In this document: piece after piece, positions 47,986 to 60,950 of the stretch
How positions within the stretch are numbered: position 1 is the first letter of the stretch
Layout of the letters: each line of letters begins with the position of its first letter
Notes under the pieces: generated by a model
Databases searched by the model: none
Seen by the model: the letters and a program-made list of their open reading frames with translations, nothing else
Told to the model about the DNA's origin: nothing
Position numbers and translations under genes: made by a program
Assembly: GCF_009914755.1 (NCBI RefSeq)
Contig: NC_060932.1
Reading direction: 5' to 3' (one strand)
DNA: 64,000 bases
Source: the human T2T-CHM13v2.0 reference genome, Homo sapiens

Positions 47986-48534
47986 CTCTAGGATTACTTC
48001 TTATTTGTTCTTGTTACTCTATCCCTAACACTCAGATTTATCCCTTCTGAGATAGTTATTTGCTTAGCACCTTGAGTCACATAGGCTAAAAAATGAACAG
48101 CAAGAACATTTTATGGTGTCTGGGTCCTGAGTTGTTTTACAACAGTGGGGGATCGGTTGTGATATTGTTAAACATAGTGCACTATGCAATTTTAAAATAA
48201 TTGAAGACATCACAGGTCAAGTATGCCCAATCTTTATGAGATTGCATACGCATATTTAGTAAGCTTATTTAAAACCTAGGAGTTTTCTTTCTCCAAGAAC
48301 TTTGAATGAATGTTTTGTCTTTTTTATTCACAAATGAAGGACAACACAAGTTCGATGTAATTACTTTCAAATAATCTGGTTAGTTTTACACTTTTCAATA
48401 TTGAAAAGCTCAAGGTTAATTTTAATTACTATGGACAGTTTCAAATTTCTAATATTCCAACCAAATAACTCCAGTGAATTTTTAAAAATTACTTATTTAT
48501 TATGAATACTTTTTATTTAAAAAAATGTAAAGCA

Positions 48535-48793
48535 CTTTTTTTTTTTTTGAGATGGAGTCTCACTCTGTCGCCCAGGCTGGAGTGAAGTGGCATGATCTCA
48601 GTTCACTGCAATCTCCGCCTCCTGGGTTCAAGGGATTCTCCTGCCTCAGCCTCACGAGTAGCTAGGACTACAGATGCGTGCCATCACGCCCGGCTAATTT
48701 TTTGTATTTTTTTTAGTAAAGATGGGGTTTCACCATATTGGCCAGGCTGGTTGCGAACTCCTGACCTTGTGATCCACCCATCTCGGCCTCCCC
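48535..48793 (-). mobile_element. 5'-truncated Alu (S-like)
   Basis: TSD aaaaatgtaaagc(a/g)cttt. Confidence 0.93.
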
Positions 48794-48981
48794 TGCAAAA
48801 ATGTAAAGCGCTTTAAAGTGCTGCTTTACTATGTGTCCAGTATTTCTACCAGCCTCTTTGCTTTTCCCACATAGTTAAGTTTTTTCAATGACAAGTCACT
48901 ATAGGTTTAATGCAAAATGAAAGAAAATTCAGATAAAAGCAGGCATTATAAATATGACAATAGTTTTCCCAAGAAGCTTAC

Positions 48982-49044
48982 CGAAATTTCCCTGCCCATT
49001 GTCAGAGCGGTGGTAACAAGGATGAAACTGAACACCTTTGCCAT
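48982..49044 (-). CDS. FGL1: FGL1 first coding exon (signal peptide, MAKVFSFILVTTALTMGREIS)
   Basis: ATG at 49044 in context GAACATGG. 63 nt of coding sequence ends at TCG|gtaag. The acceptor ttcttgcag| adds 17 nt of 5' UTR (exon starts at 49061). Hydrophobic signal peptide that I recognise as the FGL1 N-terminus. Confidence 0.96.
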
Positions 49045-49452
49045 GTTCCCCCTTGAAAAAACTGCAAGAACAAAAAGAATTTTATAAATGTATCAACCTT
49101 GAATTTTTCATGAGACCAGAGTTCAGACTTCAGTAGCTCCAGGAAGTCGGATGCAGCCGCAGGCCATCCCTAATCTTAGAGTCGCCGAGGAAATTCTCCC
49201 AGACTTTCCCAGCCTCTCACCACACAGAATGACACTGAGTGTTAACTAGAATTGAATCTGTTTCATCACAAAAACAGAGGAAGGACTCTGGTTCTTTTCG
49301 CTATCCTAATGTGCTGTTTGTGTTATGCTGTGGAAAGGCACAGGAGCATTTTAATCAGTTATTTAATGTTACACATCAAGGAAGTGGCGTAGTCAAAATC
49401 TGCACGCTGGTCTCTGCTTATGGAGCTTGTGTCTTTTTCTCCCTATGTTGTG

Positions 49453-49538
49453 AGGCTGGTCTCAAACTCCTGGGCTTGAGTGATCCTCCCGCCTTGGCCT
49501 CCCAAAGTGCTGGGATTACAGGCGTGAGCCACTGCCTA
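49453..49538 (-). mobile_element. Alu 5' fragment
   Basis: aggctggtctcaaactcctgg...ggattacaggcgtgagccactgc. Confidence 0.85.
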
Positions 49539-49919
49539 GAGTAAGATTTTTGAAAGCAAAGGTCACACCTTGCTAATTTTGGTATCCCTAGCATTTAATT
49601 CTTGTGGTGACCCCAATAACTGTTGTTGCTTCTACGGAATTATTCCTCAGGAGGCAAAATCGTTCTCAGAGGGAAAAATGTAATTTCCTTGCTTTAAACT
49701 ACAGTCTGTTTATACTGACATACTTTCCTCTTTTACTGGAAAACAATGGGCTAAGTATAGTTTTGAAGGTAAGAGTTAAGAAGGAGTTGGGGACTTTTGG
49801 TTTGATTGAACACATGAATTTAATTTTTTCCTTCTCACAAAGCCCACTAGAAAATGAGTGAAGAAAAAGTTTAAAAGATGCGAACTGACAAAGTCAAAGA
49901 GAAAGGGAAAGAACAGCTA

Positions 49920-50437
<518 letters not shown>

Positions 50438-51057
50438 CTAACAGTCAGATCCTCATCTAAATCCTGTGCAGCCAGGTGAATGCTGCTTCTCGTACCCTTT
50501 CAGAATATGGAAGATTTACTTTCTATTAAGATTGCCCAGAGATGCTCCAGGTGACATGACAGCAGAAGTGCTGGAGGGGAGGAGAGAGACCCTGTTCAAA
50601 AAGGGTGAGGCTTTCCCAGGCTTCTTCTCTTGCAGCCAGGCAACCGGCTCTACACTCTTCCTACCACTTTCCAGGCCAAAGAACATAGGATTCCTCGCTG
50701 GAGGAACAGCAGAGCTTCACCGAAAAGATCTTCAGAGACTGACATTGGAGGATTCTCCATCAAAGGAGGCTTTTCCTTGACTGATCGCTCTCCAAAGAAT
50801 CCCACCAGTTGGGAAGCCTCCTTCATGCACCTGGGAGAGGTATAAAAGGTATAGGCACACTATTCTGCTTATTTCTTTCAACGTAAGTCTTCTTTCTGAA
50901 GAGAGGCATATTTTACATTTCATTCTCTGTCCACATCAAATGGTCTAAAGAGAAACACCAAATTTCTGTATTACAACACTGGGCAGAAATTCATATGATA
51001 GCAATTAGTCATGACTTAACCCTTTCACCCAACACTGTGAACAAAATAACCAAGATG

Positions 51058-51375
<318 letters not shown>

Positions 51376-51493
51376 TTAAACATATGATATAATTTGTAGC
51401 AACAATTTATAAGAACTCTGGCATTTCACTCTTTATTTTATCTTAGTAAATATTTTTTCTTTAAAATTCAATTGTATATTGAGTATGTACCTA

Positions 51494-51574
51494 TCTTAGG
51501 CCCAGTGATAGAAATAGTAGTCTTAGGCCCAGTGATAGAAATAGTAATCTTAGGCCCAGTAATAGAAATAGTAG
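51494..51574. repeat. 3 x 27-bp tandem repeat TCTTAGGCCCAGTGATAGAAATAGTAG
   Basis: Units start at 51494, 51521 and 51548, with 2 substitutions in total. Confidence 0.95.
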
Positions 51575-52702
51575 ATGTTTTTATATGTAATGTATTAAAT
51601 ATAATTGATTATATTAAAATATTTGCTTATGTTAAAAATAGAGAAAATTAACTTTCTGATATTTAAAACATTTACCAATGTGAAAAAGAGACACCCTCTG
51701 TGTATTTTTATAAAAGATAAAATGGGGTGAGAATAGGATTGCAAAGGAACAGAAGTCGTGACCAAATTAGAAGAAAAGATGATTAGGTTTGCTATCAATT
51801 AATATTCGCTAATTAATATAATAAGCTTGGAATTATTTAAGGAACACTTTTCTAGGTCACATTTATTATTGTCATGAAAGGTAAAATCATTTTCTTTAAG
51901 ATAAAAACATTGACTGCACTAAAGAGTCATCATTTGCAATGCAGTAGTGTCCTAAATCTCTTATTCCCAGATGTCAAGATTATGTCTACAAATTAAGAAA
52001 ATTTCAAGTTGAAATAAGTATTCTAAACCGAAGACATCTGATGTTAGGAGCAAATACATTTTCATTCCGATCCTGGGGGTAGTTTCATGTTTTCTTTTGT
52101 TTTTCTTTTTTTGTCTGAGGGTCCTTGGGAACACTCCTTATTCATTGTGGCTGAATTTTTTCAACATCAGCATTGAATACTACAAAGGATTGTATCAGAT
52201 ATAAATCAATAGTCAATAATTTTATTAAGAAGTAAAAACCATCCATTTAAACTGAATTACAGTGGGAAAATATATTTGTAAAGAAGGCTTAGAAAATAAA
52301 CAATAACAATAAACTAGAATGAGATTATTTCAAGCATATATTTTCTAACTATTCGTAGGTAAAGTTTTAAAAATTGAATGGATTCTAGTCCTCTAATCCC
52401 TGTCACTAGAAAATGACTGACCTACAGCATGCTTTAGTATCTTTTCTTCACAATAAGAGAATAATATTTTAATAATGACACACAATAATTGCTAAACAGG
52501 CTTGATGGGACAGTAAGCGTAGTTCCACAAAGATGCCAAGCAGCCTGCGTGGCCTGGGGCATTATATAAAAATGAGCTAGCCATTCAAGTAGAATGTACC
52601 TCTGCAAGGCTGCAATATTACTTACATTAAAGGGCCCATCATCAAGGGGACAAGGGCTATTTCCCCAAGTCTAACGTGGATTGGAAAAATAAGGAATACT
52701 CA

Positions 52703-53053
<351 letters not shown>

Positions 53054-53739
53054 CTATCAAAACACTATCAAATTTTAATTGGCCATTTTATTTTATTTCA
53101 TTAGCCTCACAGTGAAAATAAGAAAACAAGCACAAGGATGCTTATGATTTCTCCAGGACCATTCAGCCTCTGGGGATATCCCCTGGGAATATCTCCCAAA
53201 TCTCCTGAACCTCTTTCTTTATTGCCTGGTTAATCCTTTCTTACTGTATTATGTTGAACTATAAGAAATGGCAGATGTTTGAACATTTCTGACTTAGAAA
53301 AATGGCAATTTCATTGTTTCAAATTAATGCATATTGTTTAGATAGGAAGAACACACTTGAAAATCATTATAACCATTTATACTACAATGAATACCAAAAA
53401 AATAGGTTCAAAATATACTGTTTGCAGCTTACTTGATCAGAGAGAGAACAAATTGGCAAGAACCTGTTTTTATATCAATGCTGCCTCCCATGTTAATACA
53501 TTAATGTGTGCCATTTAAAATATGTTTACAAAATTGCTAATACATCATCAACACATGAAATCTCACGATGTCTTTAGAAGACACATTATGTTTACTTTTT
53601 ACTAAAGGAAGCTCAAATAGTGAAGCAAAGTAACTTTCCTAAGGAAAGACTCTACGTTCAAAATTTATACAACATCCAATCATTTCTCACCACCTCTATT
53701 GCTAATGTCTGGCCCAAGCTACCAATGGAAGATTCCAAA

Positions 53740-54660
53740 CAATTTTTTAGAATTACAATGAGACAACATTCTATACTGAGCCTTTCCTGGGCAAACCGGG
53801 ATATTTGGTCATTCACCGACAAAGCTTTACATAATCTGTGAGCATCCACCTCCTCAACACATCTCTTTTCCCATCATTTTTGCCTGTTCTGGCTACATTG
53901 GCCTCTTTGGCATTTTTGGAAAACCCTGAAATACACAGACTTCTCAGGGCGATTGCACTTGCTGTTCTCTCTACCTGGAATGCTCTTCTGAAAATCTCTG
54001 TGGTTTGCTCCATGACATCCTTCAGGTCTTTGCTCAGGTATTCCCTTCCCAGAGATACCTTCCCTGACTACCACATATAAAATAACAGCTGTCCCCTACT
54101 GTCTTAGTCCATTCTCATTTTATAAATTTACCCAGTAAAGATCTGCCTGAGACTGGGTAATTTATAAAGGAAAAAGGTTTAATTGACTCACAGTTTGCCA
54201 TGACTGGGGAGGCCCCAGGAAACTTACAGTCGTGGTGGAAGGGGAAGCAAACATGTCCTTCTTCACATGATGGCAGGAAGGGGAAGAGCCAAGCAAAAGC
54301 CCCTTATAAAACCATCAGATCTCAGGAGAACTCACTATCACGAAAACAGCAGCATGGGGGTAGCTGCCCCCATGATTCAATTACCTTCCACTGGGTCCAT
54401 CCCATAACATGTGGGATTACGAGAACTACAATTCAAGATGAGATTTGGGTGGAGACACACGCAAACAACATCACCCACACACTTCATATCTCTATCACAA
54501 TGGATTCAGTTTCTCCTTAGCACTTATCACCAAATATAATGAAATATTATAATATATGTGTTTATTGTCTACCTACTCCAACCGCCCTGTACAATGTAAG
54601 CACGAAGAGGTGAGTGGCTACATCTATTATGTATACTGCCCTAATGCTAGGTGGATAGTT
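53740..54660. mobile_element. L2 fragment interrupted by a THE1 LTR
   Basis: ctcagggc..ttgcacttgctgttc.ctct.cctggaatgctctt...ccttcaggtctttgctca...ttagcacttatcacc. Confidence 0.7.
54100..54473 (-). mobile_element. THE1 (C/D-like) solo LTR
   Basis: tgt.ttagtccatt...gagactgggtaatttataaaggaaa.aggtttaattgactcacagtt...gagatttgggtgg.gacaca..caaac..atca; TSD cctac/cccac. Confidence 0.92.
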
Positions 54661-54666
54661 AGGTAC

Positions 54667-55121
54667 TGTACTAGTTTCTTGAGGCCACCATAACAAATTA
54701 CCATAAACTGAGTGGCCTAAAACAACAGGAGTTTATTATCTCACAGTTCTGGAGGATACAAGTCCAAAATCAAGAAGAACAGGGCCATACTTCCTTCAAA
54801 GGCTCTAAGAGAAAATCCTTTCTGGACTCTTCTAGCATTTGGTGGTTGCCAGCAATTCTTGACATCCTTTGACTTGTGGCAGTATCACTCTATTCTCTGA
54901 TACCATCTTCACATAGCTGTCTTTCCTCTGTGTGTCTCTGTGTCTAATTTCCCTCTTCATATAAGGACATCGGTCATTGGATTAGGGTCTGCCCTAATCC
55001 AGTATGACCTCATCTTAACTCAGTTACATGTACAAAGACCCTATTTGCAAATGAGATCACATTCACAGGTAATAAAAGTTAGGAATGTACATGTTTTGGG
55101 GGCACAGCTGAACCTAGCACA
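54667..55121 (-). mobile_element. MLT1 (B/C-like) solo LTR
   Basis: ccataacaaattacca.aaact..gtggc.taaaacaacag...ctcacagttctggagg; perfect TSD ggtac. Confidence 0.88.
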
Positions 55122-55170
55122 GGTACTCGACAAAATATCTACTGAATAGATGAGAAGAAAACTTGTAAAC

Positions 55171-55250
55171 CTGAATTAGAATTGTAGAACTTCCCAGGAT
55201 CTGTTATTGTAATTTCACAGTTGCTTATGGGAGATCAAATTCTTTTGTGT
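55171..55250 (-). other. Possible alternative non-coding FGL1 exon (80 nt)
   Basis: caacag|ACAC...AATTCAG|gtttac. The polypyrimidine tract is weak. No transcript evidence is available here. Confidence 0.3.
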
Positions 55251-56407
55251 CTGTTGAATTTATAAGATGTCTTTATCAGATTCCCTCCATCTTCACCCTT
55301 CCAGCAACAACAAAAATAACTACTCTTAATGAATTATGCTTTTCATAAACTTTTTTGTGATTTGCAAATATGTCATGTCAATATGTAACAGCTTATTTTG
55401 GTTTTAAAAGAGACATTTGGATTTATAAAATCCCAAAAGAAAATATATACCTGAAAACATAATACCTAAGATATTTGAAAGTTGGCTCTCTCACTGGGCC
55501 AAGGTCATTACCATAGCTATCTCATAATAAGTTTTTAGTTTGACTCGTGTTTTCAGTTGGCAATAAATATGTTTTTTGAGCAAAATTATAATAGCTATGT
55601 TGCTTTTTAAATTTGTACCCTTGTGTCTTTAACTATCTAATTTTAAAATTTATCACAAAACTCAAGTAGCATAAAGGAAAAAAATAAATGCCCTTATGCA
55701 AATGGCAATTTCTTAAACATAAACAATTGCATAGTCACAGACATACAGTCATAAAGTATTTTTCATGTTACAGAAAATAAGAAACAAAAACATTTTATTA
55801 TAAGGAAGCAAAAGAAAATAAAGATGGAAAACAAAATATTTAAAAAATATAAAGAGATTTTAGAAATAGCCTTGTTCCCCGAGACTAGAACATGCAGAGA
55901 AAATATAATTAGAGGAAGTGACATCATTCAGTCAAATATCATCAACACTAGAGGCTCAGAGAGGGAAAATTGTTTGCCTAAAGAAATAAAAGAGACTTTC
56001 ACTAAGTATATTTACACTAGTCTGGGAAATCAGCATAACGACATGACATAAATACCATTTATTTGTGACTCCAACTCAAATTGTTCTTCTGACTGAAAAT
56101 AACCAATGTATTTAATAGATTACTGATTAGGATTTTTCCTTGATAAATGAAACTGCTAAGGATTAGTAGTAAAAATAATGTCCTCTTTTTTTATGTGACA
56201 GGAAACAAATTTTCATTATTTTAATCCGCTCCCAGATAATATTCAGGAGTCAAAAATTAAAAATCATGAAATGTCTGTATCTTCTAGACTTTGCTTTAAT
56301 GTTATTTGTTGAAAAATTTTTTTATTTGATTAAAGTTTTCTTATGCATTTGTGGGATCAAGTACTTTATTTCAGAAGTGAATAAATTAGCTTAAAAAGTT
56401 AGAGCTT

Positions 56408-57230
<823 letters not shown>

Positions 57231-58154
57231 CAACATTCTCTGTAATATTGAAGAAATGCTAAGCATTAAGAAACTTGCTTTGAAATTCTGGTCTCCATCA
57301 TTCATTATAGTAAACCATTATTTCTTCTGCACATCTGGCTTACAGTAAAGTTGTATCAAATTATTCTGTTCATTTATTGCACAATTAGTTGTATTTCTTT
57401 TATAATATTTTTGCCTTAGGCAGTATCAAAACTTTTAATTATTATAAAATTAAAATTGTTATCAAATGGCTGTTCTTTGGTGGACTATATTATTTTACAT
57501 AATTTTAATGCTATAAATTCTAATTCCTTCCCCACTATATTTAAAAAAAATTTAATTAATTACGCTGCATTAAATTTAAAGATGAAGACATTAAATTTGT
57601 AAATGAAAAGTTCTAAAAATAATATATAATTTTTAAAAACAATTACAAAACAGAAGTACATTAGTAGCATGCAAACATTTCAAAACTGGTATGTTTTAAG
57701 CAAGCATTGTAAAAGGATATATAAAAGAAATAAAAAGGAAGGAAAAAGTTATTGAACGAAGTATGTTTAATAAGTTAGCATTCACAAACGCTATAGGACT
57801 ATAATGCTTAGGACTATAACCTAAGTCAGTGAGTTAAAAATGTACCCATAAACACAAGCTTAGAGACTCCTTTTAAGCTATTTCCTTCCAAATTTTTTCC
57901 TCTTTCTGAAAATGGAATATAACTGTGCTTTTGTATTTTTCTTAAGAATCCATACTCACTGAAAGCCTTACAAAGCTAAATATAGTTGATCCCTCAAGAA
58001 ATGCAATAAAGAAAAATGTTTCTGAAGTTTTTTGACTTCTGAAGTGAAAATTGTCATATAGTCCATTTTATTTTTAATTTTTTATACTGAAACTGTAAAC
58101 CTATCATTTACGTCAAACTCCCATGCAATTCATTCAAAATGTAAAGGAAATTAT

Positions 58155-58710
58155 ACAAAGTGAGACTCCATCTCAAAAAACCAACAAACAAACGACAACA
58201 ACAAAAAACGCCTAGAGCTTAAAAAAGAAATTTTCTTATTCCAATGTTTGATTCTGGCTCTTGCATAAATGGAAGTATGTTTTGAAAATGCTCTGGGTGA
58301 TGCACCTATATATCATATAATTTTACCTGCGCACACTGTATATATATGTATATGTATGTACGTAACATTATTATACATAATTATGTATATATTATAGATT
58401 ATATATACATTATATAAGGTATATAAATATTGCTTAGCATTAGATTTAGTAAAAAATAAAGGGCTAATGAAATTTTTTTGACAGGCCTCTGTCTCTTGAT
58501 GTCCTGAAATGTTCATCTCATTACCATTAAGATAATCCAATAATCAAAAAGGCACCCCCTAGTCTGGTAGCATATAAACAATAAAGCATTTCAAAATGTA
58601 ATTATACATATTTAGAAAGTCATTATATTACTTTGATTAGCTTTAGAATAATTCCTGAGAATATCTTAAGTTCTCTAAAATTTTCCATTTTCCTCATTTG
58701 TAATTCTAAC
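58155..58710 (+). repeat. Local duplication, copy B (~555 bp)
   Basis: Starts with an orphan Alu 3' end (agtgagactccatctcaaaaaa); matches 56671-57230. Confidence 0.95.
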
Positions 58711-58936
58711 ATACCTTATTTGTATATCTGTATATTTGTATATCTGTATATCTGTAACAAAAGATACATAATTCTAAATCTCTTCTCCAAGTAGCAGAAG
58801 CAGACTCCTTGCTAGTCAACCTGACTTCTTGCAAAAGCTAATGGTTGTTACCTGAGTTTTGGTTACTATCATACCTGTGAAATAAATTAGCATTATTACA
58901 AGCATGTCAAAAATGCAGAGACATTAAATAACTTGC

Positions 58937-59014
58937 CTAAAGTCAGAAGTGAGTCAGAGACCCAGCTCAGGTTCCATCCAGACACTCTGCTTCCCAGGAT
59001 CCTGTAACTGCATT
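58937..59014 (-). other. FGL1: FGL1 non-coding exon 1 (5' end approximate), ending at a GC donor
   Basis: Reads AATGCAGTTACAGGATCCTGGGAAG...CACTTCTGACTTTAG|gcaagt. Joined to the 49061 acceptor it gives ...GACTTTAGTTTTTTCAAGGGGGAACATG, which matches my recollection of the FGL1 mRNA leader. Liver transcription-factor motifs lie upstream. Confidence 0.75.
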
Positions 59015-59447
59015 GGGAATTTGTAATTATTTCTCCATTATTTGATTAGAAATAGGGACAATGTTGATTCTGGCTTCAATCCAGAAACAAACATGTGGAC
59101 ACAGGTTTAACTGAAAGAAAGCTAAAAGAGAAGATTCAAGGACAAATCCCAATACTCTGATATTTTTCTTTTTTCCCCACTTGTATGACTTTTTGTGAAA
59201 GATCCAATAATATATCTTTATAAAGATATATATATTTTACAACTTATTATTATGTTCATTCAGAGAATTTTTGTACTGTAACTTCAATAATGTTCCATTG
59301 AAGATTAAGTAAAAACGAAGTCCAGCTGAAACTTTGCTTTGTATTAAGGGTAATAACATTTTACCCACAAAAATATGAATTAATATGTCATCTCAACTAA
59401 AATATGGAGATAAGCCAAATTTTTCCTAGTTATAAAAAACAAGGCAG

Positions 59448-59486
59448 GTTAATAATTGCCAAGGTGAAATGGTCAGTTTATTTGCT
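59448..59486. promoter_or_regulatory. Candidate HNF1 site (GTTAATAATTGCC) with adjacent FOXA-like site (GTTTATTTGCT)
   Basis: Close match to HNF1 consensus GTTAATNATTAAC at 59448-59460 and to forkhead TRTTTRC at ~59476-59486, ~430-470 bp upstream of exon 1 of a liver-expressed gene. Confidence 0.55.
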
Positions 59487-60197
59487 CTCTAAGAAAAACA
59501 AAAGTATTCCCTGAGGTGCAAAATTGTGAAATTTAACTGGAAGCATCGATTATACTCTGGACAAGTTGTTCCTTTTGTTTTAAAATCCTCTAGAAGATTT
59601 TCTAATGTGTAATAGGCACTTGTTAGCTCCATTAATCGTATTGTGTAACAGTTTCTTACTGGAAATCTGGGTTCATCATTTCTTCTTTCCTTCTGATGTA
59701 ACTCAAGCAGTTGTTTGCCATTTGTCCTGTGGTCCCTATTTATTCACTCAGATTCCAGTAAAATACCAAAGTTTTGTTTTCTTTCTGTTCTTTGTTATCT
59801 ACTGGACTTGAGCACTGACGATGTTTGGTCTTCCCATTAAACATCTTCCTGTCCTTCACGTGGACATTTTGAAGATTATTAAGGGAAAGGTAATCCTGTT
59901 GATTTACTGGAAAAAAGAAGGAAAAAAAAAGCCAGTTAGACTGAAGTGATTTGCACACACACAGAAGAAGTGGAAATTATACATTCATAATTGTAGAGAA
60001 TTCAAGCTGCTAATGTTAAATTTCAAAAGCAAAAATATGGGATTATTCGGCTAATTCAATAATGATCTCTGTGGTAAAATGACATATTTTGAAATACAAA
60101 CTTATCTTTCCTTCTTGTATGCCTTTAGCTTTGTCCCCATTCAAGCAATAATTTAGCCTTGTGTTCATTTCCTCACTGGAGGGACATAACATTAACA

Positions 60198-60385
60198 GCA
60201 GCTAACATGTGGTATACTTATCATGTGCTAAACATGGTAATTTTATCAACTCACTCAGCCACACAGCCCTATAAGTAGGTACTGTTAATGATCTCCATTT
60301 CACAAATGACGAAACTGAGACACAGAGGTTTAAGTGACTTGCACGAGGTCACACAGCTAACAAGAGGTATAGCTGGGCTCAAAGG
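60198..60385 (-). mobile_element. MIR
   Basis: cagctaacat...ccctata.gtaggtactgtt...ccattt.aca.atga.gaaactgag.cacagagg.ttaagtgacttgc. Confidence 0.8.
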
Positions 60386-60627
60386 CAATCCTGCTCAGAA
60401 TCTGTCCTCTTTTCTACTAAAGGTAGACTATGCTGTCTTTCGGAAACTTGGCTAGCATCATTACCTCAGGAGAAACTTGCAAAAGTTAATCAGGCAGTAA
60501 GGACTACTCTAGGGCCAATACTTTGTGGAGGAATTCCAAAAGCCAAATTTTCTTGGAGTAACATTATTCCATGGATGTACTGCCATAACATGGTGGAAGA
60601 ACTATCATCAGGAAAGGTCAAAATTAT

Positions 60628-60950
60628 GGCCAGGTGCGGTGGCTCACGCCTGTAATCCCAACGCTTTGGGAGGCTGAGGCAGGTGGATCACCTGAGGTCA
60701 GGAGTTCGAGACCAGCCTGGCCAAAATGGCAAAACCCCATGTATTTTTAGTTTCTACTAAAACTACAAAAATTATCCAGGTGTGGTGGTGGGCGTCTGTG
60801 GTACCAGCTACACAGGAGGCTGAGGAGGAGAATTACTTGAACCCAGGAGGCAGAGATTGCAGTGAGCCGAGATCGCGCCACTGCACTGCAGCCTGGGTGA
60901 CAGAGCAAGACCCTGTCAAAAAAAAAGAAAAAGAAAAAAAGCAAGAAAGA
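60628..60950 (+). mobile_element. Alu (S-like) with a short inverted insertion
   Basis: Alu consensus; extra gtatttttag at 60741-60750. Confidence 0.93.
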
